From: Candidatus Omnitrophota bacterium
Lineage (GTDB): Bacteria > Omnitrophota > Omnitrophia > Omnitrophales > JACROU01
DNA: 64,000 nt
Direction: 5' to 3'
Assembly: GCA_029261035.1 (NCBI GenBank)
Contig: JAJDCD010000008.1
Span: forward strand, 364,480 to 428,479
Part shown: positions 1-7,500 of the stretch, one piece after another
Numbering within the stretch: the first letter of the stretch is position 1
Layout of the letters: each line of letters starts with the position of its first letter
Notes under the pieces: generated by a model
What the model was told of the DNA's origin: nothing
What the model saw: the letters and a program-made list of their open reading frames with translations, nothing else
The model's database searches: none
Program-made: the position numbers and the translations under genes

Positions 1-83
1 AACAACCACCGCATCAGATTACGCAACAGCTCACCGGTCCAAACGCCTGCACTTTTGATTTCCTTAACCACATATGTAATCAT
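1..83 (-). CDS. Partial hypothetical protein (N-terminus MITYVVKEIKSAGVWTGELLRNLMRWL..., runs off window)
   Basis: ATG at 83 with GAAAGGAAGG RBS; frame open to window edge. Confidence 0.5.
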   Translation of the reverse strand, partial: MITYVVKEIKSAGVWTGELLRNLMRWL

Positions 84-107
84 AATTTAACCTTCCTTTC
101 TTTAATA

Positions 108-266
108 TTAATAATCCCAAGGCGAGAACTCCTTGAATTTCCAATCTCCACTTTCAAGCCATTTCTTCCGAGCTTTCTTTTCACGCTCAACTTCAAAAAC
201 TGCAAGGATGAAACACACAAAAATAACCATAAGAAAACAAAACAAGAACTGGCATAAGCGCTCCAC
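108..266 (-). CDS. Small single-TM hypothetical protein (52 aa, MERLCQFLFCFLMVIFVCFILAVFEVEREKK...)
   Basis: GTG start 6 nt after a GGGGGTG RBS; hydrophobic helix followed by a charged tail; below the ORF-track cutoff. Confidence 0.5.
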   Translation of the reverse strand: MERLCQFLFCFLMVIFVCFILAVFEVEREKKARKKWLESGDWKFKEFSPWDY

Positions 267-335
267 CGCAATCACCCCCTTTTGAGATAAAAAAGCGAGA
301 CAGATTAAATACCCGTCCCGCTTTCAATCTCATCT

Positions 336-971
336 CTACTTATTTGAATCCCTACGATCTAATTCAAACTCAACGCCGAATCCTAAGACCTTCTGACAAA
401 GTATCCGGCCATCTGCCCAATGCTGGGTCTCGCCATCTGAAGAAATCCAAATTTCTTTCTTCAGAATATGTTTGGTAATAATCAAAAAGGCTGTCACAGC
501 AATGTCATATGGCTTGTAAGCCGTTTTGCAAAAATTAAATTGCCATCCGTTTCCATTCTCTTGCGTTGGATGTGAGTCGAAGTAGCAACTGTGATCTTTA
601 GGTACTACTCGCGGAAACCAACAGGTCTCATGACTACAATCTCCAGAGCAAGCTCTTTTATCAATTGTTGCTCCCGCATGCCAAGATCCAGATGCAACAT
701 CCTCAAGCCAAGGTTTCGCAACACCGTTCGCATTCTTTGACGGCCAAGCAATACCAAGTTCATGGGTTGAGGGATGTCCGCAATCCTCTAGGCCATTAAA
801 AGAGATTAGAGTTTGACTTATCTCAGGCTCACCTTTACCATTTCCACCTGCAAGATTGACACCGAGCTGTTCGAAATGCGGCAGAAGCGCACGAAACTTC
901 GAGCCAATTTCTTCATAACTCTTTACTTCAACTTCCTTGTTTTTTCTATACCAATAATGCGTATATCCCAT
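336..971 (-). CDS. Conserved-looking mobile-element hypothetical protein (MGYTHYW...HET...FCKT..KPYD)
   Basis: AAGGAG RBS before MGYTHYW; motif set recalled from phage/ICE hypotheticals. Confidence 0.7.
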   Translation of the reverse strand: MGYTHYWYRKNKEVEVKSYEEIGSKFRALLPHFEQLGVNLAGGNGKGEPEISQTLISFNGLEDCGHPSTHELGIAWPSKNANGVAKPWLEDVASGSWHAGATIDKRACSGDCSHETCWFPRVVPKDHSCYFDSHPTQENGNGWQFNFCKTAYKPYDIAVTAFLIITKHILKKEIWISSDGETQHWADGRILCQKVLGFGVEFELDRRDSNK

Positions 972-1103
972 AATCCATATCTCCTTTAAAAAAAATGCGG
1001 AACGCACCAAAGTACGTCCCGCATGAATTGTTGTATTTTGTATTGAATTTATTAAATCTACTTAACCGCTTTGAGAAATTACCACGTCGACGCGGTTCTC
1101 ATT

Positions 1104-1481
1104 TTAGTCCTCACCTTCAAGCATAATTGTAATCACTGGTTCAGCATCATCCCCAGGTCCGCACTTCGCCCACATCTGAACTGGTTTTGGCTTTTTACTA
1201 TCCGGCATCAGAAAAAGCGGAGCAAAGCGAATCACATTACCATTCGTCCTTCGTGCGTATTTTCTGAAAATCATGAGCATATCCCATGATCTGCCTTTTA
1301 AATCCTGACCTGGTGCATCAGTATTATTTAGAATGGCAAAGACACCCTGCGTTACAGCAAGTGGGAACCGAAAGCCCGCCTCTTTTGCCGTATCTGATAA
1401 ATCAATTAATACTCCATCCTCAAGGGCTTCTTGCCTTGTATATCTAAAGACAATATCTGCATCATCAAATAAGTTACTCAT
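1104..1481 (-). CDS. DUF6573-like plasmid/ICE protein
   Basis: YTRQEALEDGVLIDLS...GPGDDAEPVITIM..ED signature; RBS present. Confidence 0.75.
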   Translation of the reverse strand: MSNLFDDADIVFRYTRQEALEDGVLIDLSDTAKEAGFRFPLAVTQGVFAILNNTDAPGQDLKGRSWDMLMIFRKYARRTNGNVIRFAPLFLMPDSKKPKPVQMWAKCGPGDDAEPVITIMLEGED

Positions 1482-1557
1482 TCCTTTATTCTCCTTTGTT
1501 GTAAAATTTAAGAACCTTATACTTATTCATTTAATTTTGTGCGGTTGTTCATAAACC

Positions 1558-1968
1558 TCAATACCGCCCCTTTTTCTTATCTTTGTATTTGGACCAATGC
1601 CACACAACGCTTGCGTGATTGACTACAGCACCAATCTTTTCTAAATGTTTACACCGCTCGGCTAACTCAAGCGCAGCTTTCTTACCTTCCTTTGAAAAAG
1701 CATATGCGAAGTCGTAAAGCTCTATCTGTTCGTCTTTCCAAAAAATGCTAGATTTGTAATCAATCGTTAAGTGTTTAATTTCATGGAAGTACGGCTTCTT
1801 GTATTCTTCAGCAACAACCTGTTCATGCAACTTACAGAATTCGTCATTTCCTCTATCATTCAGTAAGCCATTCACAGCATTTTCAACTAACCAAAAATGT
1901 CTTAAGCACAGGTCTTTTCCATCATCTGTTTTTCTTAAAATCTCTATCGCCATTTCACAAGCATTCAT
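1558..1968 (-). CDS. Hypothetical protein
   Basis: AAGGAGGTG RBS; 136-aa ORF co-oriented with backbone. Confidence 0.7.
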   Translation of the reverse strand: MNACEMAIEILRKTDDGKDLCLRHFWLVENAVNGLLNDRGNDEFCKLHEQVVAEEYKKPYFHEIKHLTIDYKSSIFWKDEQIELYDFAYAFSKEGKKAALELAERCKHLEKIGAVVNHASVVWHWSKYKDKKKGRY

Positions 1969-2013
1969 CGTTTAACACCTCCTTAATTTATTGAATTTCA
2001 AAATTCCTTCTTT

Positions 2014-2211
2014 TCAATCTACTCCCTCTCCTGTTTCTGAATATTTAAAAACCATGTAGTAAATCTCATCATCCGTAACACCTTTCGATTTTAGAAAACG
2101 AACGGCTTTTCCTTTTGACTTGAATTCCTTAACTTCTCCATGCTTGTCTAGTAAATATTCCAATCCATTTAGGGTTATTCCATTAATGTGACGTCCAACA
2201 ATAACTGCCAT
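2014..2211 (-). CDS. Small hypothetical protein (GRHINGITLNGLEYLLD motif)
   Basis: GAGGAGG RBS; 65 aa. Confidence 0.65.
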   Translation of the reverse strand: MAVIVGRHINGITLNGLEYLLDKHGEVKEFKSKGKAVRFLKSKGVTDDEIYYMVFKYSETGEGVD

Positions 2212-2321
2212 GCCTTAGAACCTCCTCTTAAAAATGAAAAGGGACCACACAAAAAAATGGAGAGCAATTAAGCTCTCCTTGTGCAGTCCCTAAGTCTTTA
2301 TTTGTAATCTAAATTGTGTTA

Positions 2322-2978
2322 TTACATCATGCCTTCCGGTGGTAAATCCCTATCTATATCAAGCAGATAACCACATCGGCATTCTTCTGGATAACATAGT
2401 CCGCAGAAATCCTCTTCTTCAGAAAAGATTGTTTCCTCTCGCAGTTTCTTTCTTTTTTTGACTTCAGAAAACAATTCTTCTTTTTCTTCTGTGATTTTTG
2501 AAAAGTCTATGTCTGAGGGGCACCCTAAAAGGTTCAGCCTCAATTTGACATAACCGAATGCCCCACAAGGAAGCTTTGTTTTCTTTGTGGCTTCATAGGT
2601 TCCTTTATTCGAGAGTACGATACTATATTCATACACATTTCTCGCGTGAGCATCGTCTTCAGGCGAATGAAAAGCGTCCATATTATGATGGGAATGCACA
2701 ATTCCGTTTCCGCCAAGTTCCTCTTCGAATTCACAATTAACTGAAGTGACTTGCTGTACCGGAATCTTAAACTCGTCTATCGTCCCGTCTTTTACCCAAA
2801 AAACTCCACCCCATTCCTTATCTCTCATTTGTTGAGAAAGAAAGAGCCACCGACTCCATATCTCCCAAGGAATATCTAGAGTTCCGCGGTTATCTTCATC
2901 AACGCACCAACCGCATTCACCATAGTTTTTCACTTCTATGTCCAGTAGATTGCTGTTCTTGTTATTTTGTAATTTCAT
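2322..2978 (-). CDS. JAB/MPN (JAMM) metallopeptidase, deubiquitinase-like
   Basis: EWGG...HSHHNMDAFHSPEDD matches JAMM E..HxH-x7-S-x2-D; overlaps the E1 gene; Cys cluster at C-terminus. Confidence 0.8.
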   Translation of the reverse strand: MKLQNNKNSNLLDIEVKNYGECGWCVDEDNRGTLDIPWEIWSRWLFLSQQMRDKEWGGVFWVKDGTIDEFKIPVQQVTSVNCEFEEELGGNGIVHSHHNMDAFHSPEDDAHARNVYEYSIVLSNKGTYEATKKTKLPCGAFGYVKLRLNLLGCPSDIDFSKITEEKEELFSEVKKRKKLREETIFSEEEDFCGLCYPEECRCGYLLDIDRDLPPEGMM

Positions 2979-3912
2979 TTTCTTCTTCCTCCATAGTTTG
3001 ATTTTCTTTCCAGGCCTCAAGCGCAGACTCAAGACTAGAACCTTTGATATCACCAGATTTAATTTGCTCAATGGCATTATTAAATCCTTCCTCTTTACCT
3101 TCCTCTACACCTTCTGCTTTCGATTCGTCCCTTGCTTCGTCCATATCACCTTCCGAATACTGCATTGAACAATCGCCACAATATCCATAGTCGTCTGGAA
3201 TATGTTCATGGATGTTGTCTAGGATGTTTTCCTCTCCGCTTTCAACACCCTCTGCCTGCCCTTTCTCTCTTGCATCATCCAAGATTTTGGGGCAAACATG
3301 AGAGCACCCCTGAGTATGCAGCTTCCCAATATCATCCATAATACAGACTTCTTTGTAGAGCTGTGAGGACACACCCGCTGCGGCCGCTAAGACCGCAGGA
3401 ATTACCCAGGATGGCGTTACCGAATACCCACCCTCCTCTGTTACTTTGTTAAACGATAGAGGGAAAGCTTTTGAAACGTTGAGGATTGTTCCGTCATATC
3501 CTATCCTTTGATAAGGGATCTCATTCTTTTTGCAATAAGCACAAATGATCTGCTGGCTTTTCAAATTATCTGTGCAGCAAAAAACAACTCCCCGGAGAAG
3601 ACTGCAATCACTCGGTTCTTCTATACGCGCTTCCTGCACCTCAATTCTTATAGGGTTCCTTATAGATCTGATGAAGTTGCTTACAACTTCTGTTTTCTTC
3701 ATTCCAACATCACCCTGCGTTAAAGGAAGTCTATTAAGGTTGGAAGTCTCAAGCGTATCCGAGTCCACAAGCACAAGCTCTTTGACCCCCGACATAGCAA
3801 GAAAGATTGCGGTCCAAAACCCCGTCCCGCCACACCCAACAATCGAAACTACTTCAGGAATTTTAATGTCTGTGATTCTATTCTGCCGTTCATAAATCGC
3901 TTCTTGTATCAT
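2962..3912 (-). CDS. ThiF/MoeB/E1-like adenylyltransferase with acidic C-terminal extension
   Basis: VGCGGTG nucleotide-binding motif, VDSDTLETSNLNRL, CCTD. Confidence 0.9.
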   Translation of the reverse strand: MIQEAIYERQNRITDIKIPEVVSIVGCGGTGFWTAIFLAMSGVKELVLVDSDTLETSNLNRLPLTQGDVGMKKTEVVSNFIRSIRNPIRIEVQEARIEEPSDCSLLRGVVFCCTDNLKSQQIICAYCKKNEIPYQRIGYDGTILNVSKAFPLSFNKVTEEGGYSVTPSWVIPAVLAAAAGVSSQLYKEVCIMDDIGKLHTQGCSHVCPKILDDAREKGQAEGVESGEENILDNIHEHIPDDYGYCGDCSMQYSEGDMDEARDESKAEGVEEGKEEGFNNAIEQIKSGDIKGSSLESALEAWKENQTMEEEENEITK

Positions 3913-3937
3913 TTTAGGTTTTCTCCTTTTGTTTATT

Positions 3938-4543
3938 TTAAAGAAGCTTCTCTATCATCTCTTTTTCGAGAAGCTGGTTAACTTTTATTTCTGACGGGCT
4001 ATCTTTATTTTCGAAGATTTCCTTAAGCTTTTTATTATCATCGGGTAAAAAAACTCCACCCAAAGACTCCATATTAATGATCTTGAATGCTTCTACTATT
4101 CGTGCCGTCTCTTGCTGCAACCCTTCAAAAGACTTTGGCTCACTACACTTAAGATCACCTGTGCATATAGGACGGATATGCTCCCCATCCATCCCAAGAT
4201 AATGGAATCCTATGAGAGGCTCTGCCGTAAAATATCTGAACTTTGCAGAATTATCATAAACTCCATAAACCTTAAAAGGATCATGCGTTATCGGTTGCTT
4301 CAAGATGTAAGTTTTTCCGCGTGAATAGAGCCGGTCTATCCGAAGCTCTCCAACGTATCCTTCTATCAAAACATGCTCACCCTTTAGCGAAAGACAAACA
4401 TCTCCACGAAAAGGTAGATTAAGTACATTTTTCCTAAGATCTTCAGCATATTTATCAATATATTCACGCCAAGAAGCATCCACAGCCATAACCGCTTCAG
4501 AACATTTCTCTGCCTCGCTTATCAGTTGGGTGTCAATCATCAC
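3938..4543 (-). CDS. Putative prokaryotic E2-like conjugating protein
   Basis: P..GFHY...PICTGD resembles the E2 H..IC.G active-site segment; lies between Ubl and E1 genes (inference). Confidence 0.5.
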   Translation of the reverse strand: MMIDTQLISEAEKCSEAVMAVDASWREYIDKYAEDLRKNVLNLPFRGDVCLSLKGEHVLIEGYVGELRIDRLYSRGKTYILKQPITHDPFKVYGVYDNSAKFRYFTAEPLIGFHYLGMDGEHIRPICTGDLKCSEPKSFEGLQQETARIVEAFKIINMESLGGVFLPDDNKKLKEIFENKDSPSEIKVNQLLEKEMIEKLL

Positions 4544-4619
4544 CTCTTCACCTCCTAGAGTAAAAGGGAGGAAGGCAAAAACAACGATGCCTTCCTCCCA
4601 AGTTAGTTACTTGCTTCCT

Positions 4620-4856
4620 TTAACAGCCAGGTTTAACGTAACGTTTCACTTCAACCTTGTGCTGACCGAAGGTTTCCGGTAAGCCCGCCGTATCTTGAAG
4701 CTCCGCGCCATTCACTAAGATAGTGAATGAATCAATACCTTTCTCTTCAAGGATTCTTTTCAAAGATTCCTTCACAGGATCGGTCGCGTTTACTTCTACA
4801 TTTTCACCAGCAATATTAATTGTTACTTTGTCGTTTTTAAATTCATTTAGATTCAT
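4620..4856 (-). CDS. Ubiquitin-like (beta-grasp) protein ending ...KPGC
   Basis: 78 aa; VTINIAG...ILVNG pattern of ThiS/MoaD/Ubl folds; penultimate Gly; AAGGAG RBS; first gene of the E2/E1/JAB cluster. Confidence 0.7.
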   Translation of the reverse strand: MNLNEFKNDKVTINIAGENVEVNATDPVKESLKRILEEKGIDSFTILVNGAELQDTAGLPETFGQHKVEVKRYVKPGC

Positions 4857-5016
4857 TTTGTTATTCTCCTTTAGTTTTTTTAAATTTAATTTGATACTGC
4901 TTATTTGTACTGCATACTTTTTTTCTGATGGCACCTCCTTTTAAACGAAAAAAGAGAAGCGCGTAATATCGCTTCCCTTTTGATGTTTTGTTTTCTCTCA
5001 CATAAACTAGTGCGTT

Positions 5017-5109
5017 TTACTTCACGACAACATTCCAACCGCGTCTCTCAAATCGCTTAATGAGATGCGCGTATCTTTGCTGATCCTCTTTTCGAATAAT
5101 CAATCGCAT
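5017..5109 (-). CDS. Small basic protein (30 aa, MRLIIRKEDQQRYAHLIKRFERRGWNVVVK)
   Basis: AAGGAGGTG RBS; flanked by terminator-like hairpins. Confidence 0.55.
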   Translation of the reverse strand: MRLIIRKEDQQRYAHLIKRFERRGWNVVVK

Positions 5110-5211
5110 CAGAATCACCTCCTTAAAAGAAATAAGAGAAGCAGCCCAAGCCACTTCCCTTTAGATTTAAAATCGGAAACAAATTAGTCTCCGTATTTCG
5201 AAACGACTTCT

Positions 5212-6189
5212 TTAGATTTTTGAAACTAAGACCGCTTCATCAAATGCTCTGGACTTAACATTTGCTCCATTTTCAAACCAAATGTTTTTAAGTCGATTCG
5301 TTGGATCTTTTTTGACATTCCTAATGGTGCTTATATGATCCACATACTCAGTCACAGCATTGTAAGCAGCCCATAAAGTCCCTCGAATACCAGGTCTATC
5401 ATTACCGGCACCTTTCTCAAAAAGCTCGACCAGATTAACTTTCTTTTTCTTAAGCCTCGTCGATTCCTCTTCTTGAATAGTTGAATCGACTCCTAAAACT
5501 CTGTCAAAATAGGACTCAACTTGTGATGCACCCAGTGGCTTCCTGACAAAACCTTGGACCAACTCATCAAAACCTGAATAGAAATCTAGCGCTAATCCTA
5601 AAACGCGCCTCGCCTCTCCGACTCTCATGCGGATATTGCCTGAGTGACGAATCGAAACACTACTTTCCGTGTTCTTTAACGAACAATTCAGAGTGTTTTG
5701 GCAAACAACACGGATAGGCGTGAAATACACTTTTAAAGGAGATCTCCCGTTGTGTGTATTGGTAAGACATAAGTATTTTTCCACCACATCATCTCTAAAA
5801 ACAATAGTGTTTTGTGGTAGCTTGGCGAGAAGCCAAATCTGTTCTCCTTTCCCAAGAGCCCCTGCGGTGTGATAAATTGCCTGCCCTTCGCCAACAAGTG
5901 CATCAAAGAAATCGAATGCTTCTTTATTCTGGATCACCGAGTACTTACGCCCGACGATTCCTAAAGGCTCTTTTGTGTCCTGTCTAACCGTTGCAAAAAA
6001 CTTAGGGACTATCCGCTTATTTTCTGCTTCATCTACGGTGTAAACAGAACGTTTTTCGATTTCATAATCGAGTCCTGCTGCAACAATCGCTTCTTGGGCT
6101 GTCGCGGGATGATCCAATTCTGTTCCAATCCCATGCCAAGGTTTCTCTCCGTAATAAAACATTTTGTTTTCATTAATATTGTGCGCCAT
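5212..6189 (-). CDS. DUF932 phage/plasmid-like protein
   Basis: PWHGIG, YSVIQN.EAF.F, TAGAL..G, TPIRVVCQNTL, GTLWAAYNAVTEYVDH motifs. Confidence 0.9.
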   Translation of the reverse strand: MAHNINENKMFYYGEKPWHGIGTELDHPATAQEAIVAAGLDYEIEKRSVYTVDEAENKRIVPKFFATVRQDTKEPLGIVGRKYSVIQNKEAFDFFDALVGEGQAIYHTAGALGKGEQIWLLAKLPQNTIVFRDDVVEKYLCLTNTHNGRSPLKVYFTPIRVVCQNTLNCSLKNTESSVSIRHSGNIRMRVGEARRVLGLALDFYSGFDELVQGFVRKPLGASQVESYFDRVLGVDSTIQEEESTRLKKKKVNLVELFEKGAGNDRPGIRGTLWAAYNAVTEYVDHISTIRNVKKDPTNRLKNIWFENGANVKSRAFDEAVLVSKI

Positions 6190-6273
6190 GATTGGCCTCC
6201 ATTTTTTTTATTGTAAAAAGAAAGGAGAAGCGGTCTAACGACCACTTCTCCCTATGACGAGACTTTGTTTTAT

Positions 6274-6558
6274 TCAAGCCTGTGAAACGTTTGAGCAATT
6301 CAACTTGTCATTATCCTCTTTTACTTCGATTCTTTTTACGGCCTTGCAAAGACGTTCAGCCGCCTTTCGTAATTCCTGCGCTTGGTCTACGGAGAAGGAT
6401 ACACCCTTCTTGGTAGGCAAAAGCGTATGTTCATTATGACTTTGAAACCAAAGCCTCAAATCTATAAAATACTTACCTTTGTATTTCCTGATTGATGCTT
6501 GAATCTCCTCTCCTTTACCTCTTGGAAAACTATAGATAAGACAACTATCTTCCGTCAT
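6274..6558 (-). CDS. PC4/YdbC family ssDNA-binding protein
   Basis: YKGKYFIDLRLWF...PTKKGVSF signature. Confidence 0.85.
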   Translation of the reverse strand: MTEDSCLIYSFPRGKGEEIQASIRKYKGKYFIDLRLWFQSHNEHTLLPTKKGVSFSVDQAQELRKAAERLCKAVKRIEVKEDNDKLNCSNVSQA

Positions 6559-6648
6559 TTTTTCTCCTTCTCGGTTATTTGATTGACCACAATAAATAAA
6601 AGGGAGGGGCAAATGCATCACCCCTCCCTTCAATTCGAGACAGCACCG

Positions 6649-7182
6649 TTAAGCAGCTACTGTTTCCGCTGCCATTTCAGGTAGCGGACTTAGAAGTGCT
6701 TCCACAATAGCGGGAACAGCAGAATCCAAGATTGAGATTCCACATTTCCCTTTACCTGTACGAAGCTCATCGGTTTCCTCTGCGGTGAAGAAGAATTGGA
6801 CACGTACAGCTTGATTGTCCTTTCCTCTTGTTTTTTTGATTCCGTAAAAGTTCTTACCTGGAATCTCAACCATTTGAGAAGAACCTTGCGTAAACGGCTC
6901 CTTTCCTTCCTCAGGTTTTGGAAGTTCTGGAGCTGCTTTTGCCGCCATCATAAAAGCTGCAACTTGAGGGCAAGCGTCTTCTCGCAACTTAATCATGTCA
7001 TCAGAAGCGACGAAACTCTTACCATCCTTGCTTTCAAAATAGCGTTGGACGATTCGATACTGAACTCCTTCCTTATCATCCTTCCAGAGTCGCACTCGAT
7101 AAACATTCTTCTCTGAACGAGGAACCTCTGCAATTACCTTATTTTGACTTTCGTTACTTTTGTTTTCTTTGTTTGTATTCAT
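6649..7182 (-). CDS. Hypothetical protein, possibly tandem degenerate PC4-like domains
   Basis: Two repeats of strand-strand-(F/Y)F...G-x-(I/L)...helix pattern; next to the PC4 gene. Confidence 0.5.
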   Translation of the reverse strand: MNTNKENKSNESQNKVIAEVPRSEKNVYRVRLWKDDKEGVQYRIVQRYFESKDGKSFVASDDMIKLREDACPQVAAFMMAAKAAPELPKPEEGKEPFTQGSSQMVEIPGKNFYGIKKTRGKDNQAVRVQFFFTAEETDELRTGKGKCGISILDSAVPAIVEALLSPLPEMAAETVAA

Positions 7183-7500
7183 TGTTTTATTCTCCTTAGT
7201 TTTTTTAATTTAATTTGAATTACTTATCTGAACTGCTAGTTTTTTCTCTTGTTATCACCTCCTTAAAATAAAAAAGAGAAGCGGGCTAATAATTCCGGCT
7301 TCTCTAAACTGTTTTGAACTTTATTTAAAAGTAAAGTTCGGTGAATATTTCAGGTTGATCAAATATTTCATTTAATATCACCTCATCCATAAAATATCTC
7401 CTTTCGCAATAAAAAAGGGGAAGACTCCGAGTCAAAACGACTCAAAATCTTCCCCTTATGATTTAATTATATTCTTATGTATAAAGCTCGAACGGCTAAG

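Noticed and set aside
80-271. 63-aa ORF from the track
   Set aside because: The alternative frame 108-266 has better RBS spacing and a more protein-like sequence
2322-4856. Thiamine/molybdopterin biosynthesis (thiF-thiS) or CBASS
   Set aside because: No thiG/moaE or other cofactor genes and no CD-NTase or effector nearby; JAB and E2-like neighbours favour protein conjugation
4857-4934. N-terminal extension of the Ubl ORF
   Set aside because: The GTG is part of an SD-like sequence; the region is a duplicated non-coding leader with an RBS before ATG 4856
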